Part shown: one piece after another, positions 1-12,400 of the stretch
Layout of the letters: every line of letters starts with the position of its first letter
Position numbering within the stretch: the first letter of the stretch is position 1
DNA from: Mytilus californianus
Lineage: Eukaryota
Direction: 5' to 3'
NCBI RefSeq assembly: GCF_021869535.1
Contig: NW_026262701.1
Location: forward strand, 22,010,001-22,074,000
Length of the DNA stretch: 64,000 nt
The notes under the pieces: model-generated
What the model was told of the DNA's origin: nothing
What the model saw: the letters and a program-made list of their open reading frames with translations, nothing else
Databases searched by the model: none
Made by a program: the position numbers and the translations under genes

Positions 1-428
1 CAATGAATACTAAGTAAGAGTATTGAGATATCATAAGCTTTAGTTGTAGTTACAGTAGAATCAATGAATACTAAGTAAGAGTATTGATATGTCATAAGCT
101 TTAGTTGTAGTTACAGTAGAATCAATGAATACTAAGTAAGAGTATTGACATGTCATATGCTTTTGTTGTAGTTACAGTAGAATCAATGAATACTAAGTAA
201 GAGTATTGACATGTCATAAGCCTTAGTTGTAGTTTCAGTAGAATCAATGAATACTAAGTAAGAGTATTGACATGTCATATGCTTTTGTTGTAGTTGCAGT
301 AGAATCAATGAATACTAAGTAAGAGTATTGACATGTCATAAGCTTTAGTTGTAGTTACAGTAGAATCAATGAATACTAAGTAAGAGTATTTACATGTCAT
401 AAGCTTTAGTTGTAGTTGCAGTAGAATC
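1..428 (-). repeat. 61-bp minisatellite, at least 7 copies (truncated by window edge), built from the TBC1D32 exon 482-394 3' end plus donor
   Basis: caatgaatac recurs at 1, 62, 123, 184, 245, 306, 367. Confidence 0.95.
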
Positions 429-3400
429 AGAACTATCATCAGACAAGGTGGGTGTGTCTGTTCTTTCTGCTTCTGAGTAGGCCTGTAAGTATAAGTCATT
501 GCTTTTAGTTACTGAAATAACTTTATTTAATGAAAGAACCTTTACTAAGAAAGCTCACATACCTCAATCTCTACGCATAATTAATATGGGATATTTTTAC
601 ACCTTCTCAAAATTATCCTCTCTTTTAGATTTTTTTTCTGATTATAGGACTCCTCTGAGGTTGATGAGTTGAAACCTTTATACAAATTTGAAAAGGATCT
701 GATAAAAAAATTCACTATACTGTTGACAAGATCAAAATGGGATATTTTTTAGAGTCCACCTCCAGCAAAAGTGCCCAGCTATTTAATATTTACTGATTAT
801 CAAACTCATCCAAATTTGTAGACCAGCCAACAAAATATGAAAGCCCTATCTTGGCAACACCAATTGATGGAGGATGGACAGACTGATGGATGGGGTCAAA
901 AGCAGGGCTCCAAAACGGTTGTATTTTCCGGACATGTGCGATGAATTATAAATACGACTTGTTGTGCCATACCTGAAACGGACATTTAATGTAGGTTTGC
1001 CATTTTAACATAATTAAAAAAAAAAAAAATTGAAGTTTTTGCGATCTTTTTGATCTGACCTTTTGCCTTAAACAGCCACATTTCTGGTCATAAAAGTGAC
1101 ATGGTGAATAAGTACTATCAAAACAAATCCTACTTTAATACCCTCTCATTACAATCAAGGTTAATTAGTTGTCAGACAGTTGAAATTTACCTGTTCAGGT
1201 AACAGATAAACTAATATGTACCGGACATTGATCGGTCTATTTGAAGTTATTTTTATAACTTTCAGCGGTTTGCATCTAATTAGTTTAATCAAAAAGATTT
1301 AAATTATCAATAATATGTATATAAATATGATTTGATGAAAATTTTAAAAGGTAGTTATAAAAGGTTTTAAGCGAAAAAATTGTCAGGACCACGTTGTTTG
1401 AACAAAGTACAAGTGTGTGGATGTGCGCAGTTGTGAGATTTAATTATGCATCCAAATTCTTCAAAAATACTAAAACTATCATTGATACCTTTATCTAACG
1501 TTCATTTCAAGTATTTTCTTGAGGAAATAATGTTGGAGGGAGCTACTTTAACTCGATTGTGCTTTTTAAACGTACACAGATTTTTCGTATCCATCTCTGG
1601 TCCGTGCTTTACCATTGTAAAGTCAACATCCGGTATTAGAAAATGTACATTCAAAAACAAAAGTAAAGATTTTGACAGGGATGATTTTGACAACGTAATT
1701 TTGCACAAATAAAGATTCTAAGGCTGATATTAGTACGCTAATGTTGCACACTTCGAATGATGCACTGTCAATTTAACAGTTTACATCAGTACAGCGAATT
1801 TGTATCAAAAGTCAAGTTTAATATCGTTTTATGTCAATGATTCATTGTTTATATGATGCCCAGCTGATTAGCATGATTGCCTTTTGTTACGTAGACTTAA
1901 GGGATCAAAATTGGGATAAGACGAAAAATGTCTGGCTGGCACAAATATTTTTTGGAAGCCCTGGTCAAAAGCTTTGTTGCAAGGGGTATATTAATCCTAA
2001 ATATTCTTGTAATATTTGACACTTTGCAATTTAGCAAAATGCAATCAATTAAAAATATTCATATACTATTAGTTGTTTTGATGAAAGATAAATTATATAA
2101 GCATTCATGATTTGTTATGTGATGTGAAACTTTTGTGATAGTATCCATATACTACTTATTCTCCTGAAAATGTATTTCTAAATAATAAAAGACAAACCTC
2201 TCTCCAGGCTTCTGCCACAACTTTATGTAGTTCATACTGATAAAGTACAAGTAATCCTTCACATGTGTTATATAGCTGTCTACAGATATAGAGGAATGCT
2301 CCAATCACAGCCTGGGAGGGCTTTGGTCCAGACTGTTTTGGAAGTTTGTCAAGTAATGCCCTCTTTGTAAACCTTGCTATCACATGGGCAGCAGATGATC
2401 TGTTAAAATACAAATAATTTTAGACAATATAGGCTGATAAAACTAAAAGATGCCTTATCAGAATAGTAAATAAACAGCTGCGCCATGAGGTCATGATAAG
2501 GCCCGTCGTCTTGTGTGTGAATTTTTATGCAATAAGCATAAATAGTTTTTGACATACGGCGTGACATGCGAAAACCCCCTTTTTTTTTTACAAAAAACTC
2601 AATACCTCTAAAATAAAATTTTGAATCAAAACCAAAAAGTATACAGATCTTTAGATTAATATAACTAAGAAGTGTGTAAAATTTTAAGCAATAATCATAA
2701 ATCGTTTTTGAGATAAGGCGTGACATGTGAAAACCCCCCTTTTAAAATAAAAAAATTAGTATCTCAAAAATAAAATTTTGAATCAAAACCAAAAAATATA
2801 CAGATCTTTAGATTAATATAACTTAGAAGTGTGTAAAATTTTAAGCAATAATCATAAATCGTTTTTGAGATACGGCGCGACATGTGAAAAAACCCTCCCC
2901 CTTTTTTTACAAAATACTCAATATTTCTAAAATAAAATTTTGAATCATCACCAAAAAGTATACAGATCTTAAGATTAATATAACTAAGAAGTGTGTAAAG
3001 TTTTAAGCAATAATCATACAACTGTTTTTGAGATACGGCGCGACATGTGAAAAAAAACACACACCTGTTTTAGTTACTAAGTCCCGTAACTCAAAAAGTT
3101 TTAATCTTATTTTCACCAAAAAGTATACAGATCATTTGACCATCATAAGAAACAACTATGTTAAGTTTCATGAAATTTGGATAAGTCATTCTCAAGTTAC
3201 GGTGCGACATGTTTACGCCGGACAGACAGACGGACAGACAATGGACATTTGTATACCATAATACGTCCCGTCAAAAATTGACGGGCGTATAAAAACCATG
3301 CAGTTATATAGAAATGAGATCAAAAGTCTTTCCCCTCATGAATATCTTAATTCACAAGAACAGTAGTGAAACTTGTGGCATCCATATGAAGGGCAATGTC

Positions 3401-6400
3401 ATCTGTTGTTTTGTGTGGTTACAATTTGTTTCAAGATACTGTGGATTCATTTATTTTCGTGGGTACCAATTTTCGTGGATTGAAAAAAACTTGCATTTTC
3501 GTGGATATTTAATTTCGTGGTTTCGGCAAAGTCTGCATATTTCCTTTAGGAAATTTGTAATTCGTTGAACATTTAAATTCGTGGTTCCCCTATACCCACG
3601 AAATCCACGAAAATTGGTATCCAACGAATATTAATGAATCCACAGTAGACAAATTGGAAATGAAAGAAAAATTCTTTTCAAACACAGCATTCCTGGAGTA
3701 GATTTGTTTTTTTGTGGCAAATATTTAAGGTATGGTATCAACTCTTGTTGACATAAAATGAAAATTCTAAAATGTTTACAAGAGGGTATTACTGGTTGAA
3801 GATTAATATTCTTAGAACTGATGTCAATATTTATCTTATGCCATTTTTAACTTTTCATTCTGTTTGTAATAAACTTACACATTTGGTTTAGTAAACATAT
3901 CTTTCCTTTCACCATACATCAAGTGTCGTCTGCCTCTAGTACTTGATGCCACCATGGCAAACAGATCAGCCACATGTAACATTGTGTTCTCACTAGGTGC
4001 ATAGTTATGCTTCTAACAACAAAACAAAGAGAAAGTAGGATGTGATTTCACATATTCTTTATTGAGGTAAAAATAATCTTACTTTCACATGCATATGTTT
4101 AACATACCAAGGGCTATGTATGCCTGTAATATAATCCACTGGATGTCAAGCAAACAAAAATCAATTAATTTTATAGTCATATTGAATACTCTTTGAATTA
4201 TATAAAACAATGTTTTGTTAGCAAATAACATCTATACAATATCTGTATGCAGACTGAGAGCTGGGGGACTAACATCTAGTCAAAAACATTTCAAATCTTT
4301 TTACGATGATAACAAAATAACTCTATATCTATAAAAGATAAGTGAACCTGAAGAATAGCTGAATATAAATAATTCTACTTCCACAAGAAAGCCATTGTGT
4401 TTCAGATAAGGTCTAGAATTCAGCCTGAAAAGTGGACTTTCAGACCCCCACCCCCTGTTAATTGATGCTCAAATCCTACATCATGCAAATACCCTGGAAT
4501 GCTTCCAACACATTCCTTTAATTGTTACATTTCCATTAAGACCAGATACAACTACATATAATTATACATGGATCTTGTTAAACCAAATAGGTGATAATTT
4601 AGCAAAAATAAACATTACTGTAAAAGAACAAATGATATATGTTGGTGAAAGAATATTTCTTGAGACTAATATTTCTTCCTTTCGATATTTATCAAACACA
4701 TCTGCCTTGAAGAACAAATATCTGAATATAGGAGAGCAATTAACATTAATAAGATTTTGTCCACTCATTGATTTGGAACGGAACCATTCAGTTAAATATA
4801 ATGTATGCAATTGTCGTGTTTTTAACAAACCTTTTTTATAGTTTGACAAAAAGGTTTGGTTGGGGAATATAAATAACCTTTTTTAGACATGCAATTTTCC
4901 AAATTTAAAGAATATTGCATTTTTTAATTTTCAAATGATAATGAAATATGATGATACAATATTAGAAGTACCAACCTTTGGTTCTAAGTAATGCGATACA
5001 GGAGCCAGATTTATGATGATACAATATTAGAAATACTAACCTTTGGTTCTAAGTAATGTGATACAGGAGCCAGATATATGATGATACAATATTAGAAATA
5101 CTAACCTTTGGTTCTAAGTAATGTGATACAGGAGCCAGATATATGATGATACAATATTAGAAATACTAACCTTTGGTTCTAAGTAATGTGATACAGAAGC
5201 CAGATATATAATGATACAATATTAGAAGTACCAACCTTTGATGCGATACAGGAGCCAGATATATGATGATACAATATTTGAAGTACCAACCTTTGGTTCT
5301 AAGTAATGCGATACAGGAGCCAGATATATGATGATACAATATTAGAAGTACCAACCTTTGGTTCTAAGTAATGCGATACAGGAGCCAGATATATGATGAT
5401 ACAATATTAGAAGTACCAACCTTTGGTTCTAAGTAATGTGATACAGGAGCCAGATATATGATGATACAATATTAGAAGTACCAACCTAATGTGATACAGG
5501 AGCCAGATATATGATGATACAATATTAGAAGTACCAACCTTTGGTTCTAAGTAATGTGATACAGGAGCCAGATATATGATGATACAATATTAGAAGTACC
5601 AACCTTTGGTTCTAAGTAATGTGATACAGGAGCCAGATATATGATGATACAATATTAGAAGTACCAACCTTTGGTTCTAAGTAATGTGATACAGGAGCCA
5701 GATATATGATGATACAATATTAGAAGTACCAACCTTTGGTTCTAAGTAATGTGATACAGGAGCCAGATATATGATGATACAATATTAGAAGTACCAACCT
5801 AATGTGATACAGGAGCCAGATATATGATGATACAATATTAGAAGTACCAACCTTTGGTTCTAAGTAATGTGATACAGGAGCCAGATATATGATGATACAA
5901 TATTAGAAGTACCAACCTTTGGTTCTAAGTAATGCGATACAGGAGCCAGTAAAGCTGTTATTATCTCATCTTTATACATACATATCTCACACACTTGCTC
6001 TGAATTACATATTCCTTTTACAATCTCTGTCACTAAATTACCTGGCTCATATACAACTAAAAGAATAAAAGAAAGCATATTACACTGTGTATAATGTATG
6101 ATAAGGTTACCTTTTAGCCCTTGCTCTAATAAGGGGTTAAAAATCTATCTCATATCAATATTTATTATTTATGTGAAAGAATTCAAGATTTATTACTTTC
6201 AATTCCTTTTTCTGTAGGTAGATAAGAGATGCGGGAAAATTCCTAAATGAATGTCCATTGTTAATTTGCGCAACCATATATCATAAATATTAGAATCTTA
6301 TAAATCTTTTAACAGTGTTTTAAGCTTTGAAATTACCCTGCCTCTAAATTGCTCATATAACTATAGCAATATAGAGGCAGAGTAGTTAAGTTCTACTAAC

Positions 6401-9400
6401 AAACAGTATAAAGGATAGAGTGTGAACTCATGCGATGTCAAATCACTTTTCAAACATGATATTGTTCAATTTTAAATCAAGCAAACCAGGGGTCAGCATC
6501 ACTGACATTGGCACTTTATACTGGCATACCATTTTATTACTAACAGAATAGCATATGGAATGTCAGGTTCTATCATATATCAAATTCCAAGTGGAAAATA
6601 TCTACCATTTCCTCAACATAACATTCTCGCTGACTAGGAACTATACACAAGCTATTATGATACATCCAGACACATACTATTGTTGGGTGTTATTTTTTAT
6701 TGACAATAGCATATTTTTCATGCAATTGGGATTTATTTATTATTTCAATAAAACATAATTAAGTAGATGAAATATTGCTTGTATTCTGATTTAGCATGAA
6801 TTTGTACCTGATAAATGTTTAGATGGAGATGGATCAACAAGCAGTACAACCATGGATACAAGTAATTTAGTCACTGTTACTGTTTCTGAAATTAAAAATA
6901 GGAAAATTTTAAAAATAAATTTGAATTTAAAACTATACAGTGATGATTTTTAATCCTGTTAATAAGAACCAACTTAAAAACATATGTATTAAGCAAGAAA
7001 AAGTTACAAATTCAAATAGCAAAGAATTTTTCATCTATTAATTTGCAGATTTATTCCTTTTTAAAAGTGTAACCTTTTTTTTTTAAGTTTAATGCAAAGA
7101 AATAACTGTATGGTCAGATCCTACTTTGTTTTTTTCATTATACTGTGGATTCATTAATTTTCGTGGGTACCAATTTTTGTGGATTGAGAAAAACTTGCAT
7201 TTTCGTGGATATTTGATTTCGTGGATTTGCCAAAGTCTGCATACAAACTTATTGAAAATGTGTTATTCGTTATTTAAAATCGTGGTTTACCTGTACCAAC
7301 AAAATCCAGGAAAATTGGTACCAACGAATAATAATGAATCCACAGTAAATTGTATTACATTTAAAAAAAAAATCCCCATACTTTTATGTTATCCACAATT
7401 CTATGCAGAAAAATAACACTCTGAATCATTGTTGCACCGAGTTCTAAAATCACATCAAAATTGAAATCGTAAAATCAGTGTTATTTCTTTTTTATAAACA
7501 GGAAACCATAAAAAATTATATTTTAAAGCACTTCAACAAGGTTTATGTTAATTGACAAGAATCAAACAGTTCATCACAACTCTATTTTACTTATTAGCTA
7601 ACTATTTACTACCAGATAGTTTTTCGTGATGAAATAAACAGAAGAATGGCACTAGAAGAATGGCACTATACACATTTTTATTTACCATCTGCTTCCTTTA
7701 ATTTGATAGGGAAAAACCTCCTTCCATTCACAAAGCACATCATCCTACCAAGCATAAAGGCAGAGTGAACAAAGAAAGCATACTCCAGCTCAGCTTCTGT
7801 GTAATAACTTCTTCTGTTCTCTGGAAATAATTATCACAAATATTGTACAAAAGAAAACATTTTCAGTAAAATACATATGCTTATTCAATAAATAAAGTCA
7901 TATTTAAAATGCAAATACAACTGTGGTAGCTTAAGCTCATATCAATAAATTGCCAAATGACCATTGACAATATGAAAATTGGCCTGTTGACTTATACTAT
8001 GGCTTCAGGTCTGTCTTTAAGTCAGCTAAGCTTGTCAAATCACCATTGACCATATGAACTTTGACCTGTTGACTTACACTAATCTATAGCTCTGGCTTCA
8101 GATCAATCTGATAAATCAGCTACGCTTGTCAAATGACCATTGATCATATGAACTTTGACCTGTTAATTTATACTAACCTATAGCTCTGGCTTCAGATCTG
8201 TCTGTTAGGTCAGCAGAATGTTTTCTGTGTAGGGAAAACTCCAGACAATGTCGTATGGCATTCGTTACCTGAAACATACAATCTCAATGACAATCTGACA
8301 ACATATTTTTATCTTTTGTATTAGATTTTTTTTACTAGAAATTTAAAAAGTATTACCAGAGATCCTTGCAACTCATCAGGATGACTCCTTAACTTATCAA
8401 TTTCATCTGAAACTCATTAAAACATTTTAAATTATGTTCTGAATAATAGGTGATTAACTCAAATTTTGAATTGGCATCTGACTCTAATAAATCCATGTTT
8501 CTTTGTCAAATAGACAAGGGATTATCACATGAAATAAGTAAATTGCATCAAAAAAATGTTCTGTCTCTTGAAAATGATATCTAGGTTTTCTGTTTTATAC
8601 AAGATAAAATATAATATCTTGGTTGAGCGTTTCGTACAAGATAAAGTTTTCTGTTTTATGCAAGATAAAATATGATATCTTTGGATTTCTGTTTTATGCA
8701 AGATAAAATATGATATCTTTGGTTTTCTGTTTTATACAAGATAAAATATATTATTATACTTCATGTCAAAATGCCAGATTTTGATTGGTTAATACAAGGG
8801 AGACAATTTTCTCTATCCCATGGCAAATACTCTATTACCCTTCACGGGGACGCTTGATCAAGTGTGTGCTTTAATAAATATGGATGTTTGTTATGTACAA
8901 GACGTCATAGTTTATTACTTTGAATTTGAAATTTAATAGACAGTAATAACAGAACATTCAGTATAATAAATTAAATAACACATATCTGAGAGGGTGATAG
9001 AGCAGATTGTTACCCCTCGAAAATACATTGTCAACCTTGGCTTCGCCTCAGTTGACAATGTTTTCCCGGGGTAACAATCTGCTCTATCACCCTCTCAGAT
9101 ATGTGCCCAATGAGTTAATGACTCAATAGATATGAGATCATGATAAATACACATTATCCTGCTCAATGAGTTAATGACTCAATAGATATGAGATGTTGAT
9201 AAATACACATTACCCTGCTCAATGAGTTAATGAATGTATCAACTATTAGATAATACTTACTATTGGTCTGTATTTCTCTAACATTCGAAGAAGACATTGT
9301 CTACTGTAGTTTCCATGCTGAAAAATATACAGTCATTACTATGGATACAGCTTGTTTATAAACAAATACATATCAAAAAACCAACAAACTAATAAACAAA

Positions 9401-12400
9401 CATGTACTGAAAAAACAAGTTTGATCCTTTAATATGTTAATATGCCTTAGGAGTAGTTGTCGTTAGTTATATTTTTTACCTATATGTTGTAAAATATTTG
9501 GTTAATAAAGAACTGAATAGTGGTGGTGGCAGATTTTTTTACTTCCTGTCAATTTTTTCGCATCTTGTTTCGACAGCATATTTAGAGCTACATATACAGT
9601 AAAAACACCTGTCCAGAAGACTGTATGATAACTTCTAAATGTCATTTGTAGTTTTATTGTGTTGTTTGGTTGCTGTACCTTTGACATCTACCCCACATCT
9701 GCTTGTATTCACAACATTAAAGTATGTTTTCTTCATATACACTTCAGTTTTAACATGAAAACAATATGTTTGTCATTTCTTTTACTGCAATTATTCACTG
9801 AAGATATATCAGACTTTAGTGAACCCTAAATTCATTGGGAGGTTTTACCAAGCTTCAAAAACAAATGTGACAACAAAATTAAATCGACAGTATAATAATT
9901 AAAGAGCATTTTCTTTTTTCCACTTAAAAAATGAGGGATTTAAAAAAAATCCAATTATTACATACCATCCATTTGATGAACCACTGTGCCTTTGGGTCTA
10001 TTAAGGCTATAAAATGTACTGGTGATAACTGAACTGAAGCTCCACCTTGACTCCCATTCTGATTTATGGCATATAAGGTTAATGTACTCTCAATTATCTC
10101 TTCCAAATATCTGAAAAATAATTATGTCCGTTTATCATCATGGAAATCAAGAATTTAAAATGAAATGGCTAAAAATATTCATATCTGCTACTGATTATTA
10201 CATGTATATAGAAAGAAGTTTATCATATAGCTTTTGACTGTTCTCTGTTTCATATTTTCATTTTCAAATCCATATATTTTTAATAAGGTCACAATTAATA
10301 AATATTACAAAATACAATGATTTTTGTCTTTAATTCTTTAAACATAAAACTAACATGGCCAAACTAATCCTATATATTTATATATGTGTGTACCAAAAGT
10401 GATTTATTCATCACCCTTTTGACTTTGATCAATTAAAACATCACATGTTCATACTTAAAAATCAAATGTCAAATAAGAAAAAACCTTATCTAGACATCAG
10501 CTGTTTTGTTTTGTCATTAGACTGACATGAGATACAGATGTAAAACTCTAAATAAAAAGTTGGCTATTTCCAAATTTTACGATTTCCTTCTTTGTCAATA
10601 ATTGTATGAAAATTATAAATTACTAACCTGTTAGGATATATTATCCACATACTTGATAGGATATTGTATCCACTTACCTGTCAGGATATCTTATCCAATA
10701 ATTTATGGTTTCTTGTTGGAACTCATTCAATAAACGGAACTAAAATATAAATACATTATCTTCTTGCAATGTACTAAAGCATACATCTAAATAAAAAGCT
10801 CTTTCAGATTATCTATATAACATACAGTTCAAAAATAAAATTAAATTAAAGGGATAAGAAATTCTTTTCAAAAATATTTAACAATTAATTTAATGCTTTT
10901 AAGTTATTAAGTTGGCAACCATTGTGTTCCAAAATCAAAATAACTGAAAAGGCTTTCATCTTAAGCAACAGTATCAAAAAGATCATTTTGTCATCTTTCT
11001 TGTATATTTGTATAACTTATGGTTGCTATCAAATTTTTCTTTACTAAAGACATGTCAGGGATGAAATATGAGTAGTCGTTTGTGTAGTCTGGTTTTGGTC
11101 ACCATGATTAGATTATAAGTGACAACATCGACATTATGATAAAGGTCAAGATTATCAATAGTAAGAAAATATCATATCCTGTATAAGTGTTCTTGGCTTA
11201 TTACTGTGGATTCATTGATTTTCGTTAGTACCAATTTTCGTGGATTGAGAAAAAAATGTATTTTCATGGATATTTGATTTTGTGGTTTTGCCAAAGTCTG
11301 CATACAAACTTATAAACTTATAAAACTTATAAAAAATTTGTACTTCGTTGAACATTTAAATTCATGGTGTACCTTTTCCCACAAAATCCATGAAAATTGA
11401 TATCTCATGAATAATAATGTAAAACAGTAATTGAAAGTTGTAATTATATAAACACAATTGGATGCACATTATTCTATTTTGTTTCATTATCCTTTTTATT
11501 TCAGGGTCCATATTTTGATGTTGTTCATTTTTCATCAAGTTTGTTTTATTTCTGATTCTGGCTTCAAAACTATGCCTGTACTGCGTTACTTAGTTGTATA
11601 GAAAGATGTATGACAATTTATACTCAAGACATAAAATTATTTCACAGTTCATACGCAATTAATTTTTGCCTAAAATACTTACAGCTTTCATTAATTTGAC
11701 ATTTTCAGGATTGGTGAAGTCTAATCCACTCTTTATATTTGGTATGGTGTTTCCCTTCTTTGTATTGAACTGGGAAATCAAGTATTCAACTGTCAAAGAA
11801 AAATACAATTGCTATTACATGTGTAGGAAACTTCCAAAAGTTTATTTCATCATACTGTTCCAATGCTGAAATCTTCAAGATAAACAAAATAAAAGGGAAA
11901 TATTTCTAATAATCTTACTTTATATCAGGTTATTTTTTTGCATGGTTTTGTTCACATATTGGGCTCAAAAAGCCAGTTAATCTTTAATTAAGTTCATTAT
12001 TCATATTTCAGAGCTTTGTACAGTGCAGTTAAAAGGGCAGTAAAATATTCATGTAGGGTAAATTTCACAGTAGAATGTGTTCCGCAAAAAATTGGACAAT
12101 AAGAAAAGATATAAAGTATGTTGATGAAAAAGGGAGTTGCAGATCTTTCACTGCTTCAGGGGAGCCAATAGAATTTACATTGATTGTAATTTTTAGTGAG
12201 ATCTTTGAAAATCACAACATTTAAAATACCAATAGGTTTCTGTGAATTTTATTGGGAAAAAAAGTAGTTGAATATTGAGACTTTCAAATTTTCTAAAACT
12301 GACATTTTCTAGCAATTAATTTTAGATTAAAACTCTGATTAAAAATGCATAAAGTCAAATAATGAAATTTAATGACAGCAACACTGTTTCATTTCAAAAA

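Noticed and set aside
2403-3261. ORFs of 107, 98 and 77 aa
   Set aside because: They are translations of the tandem core of a HINE-like element.
1-5948. Regularly spaced repeats resembling CRISPR arrays (61-bp and 65-bp periods)
   Set aside because: Whole units repeat with no unique spacers, there are no cas genes, and the context is eukaryotic intron DNA.
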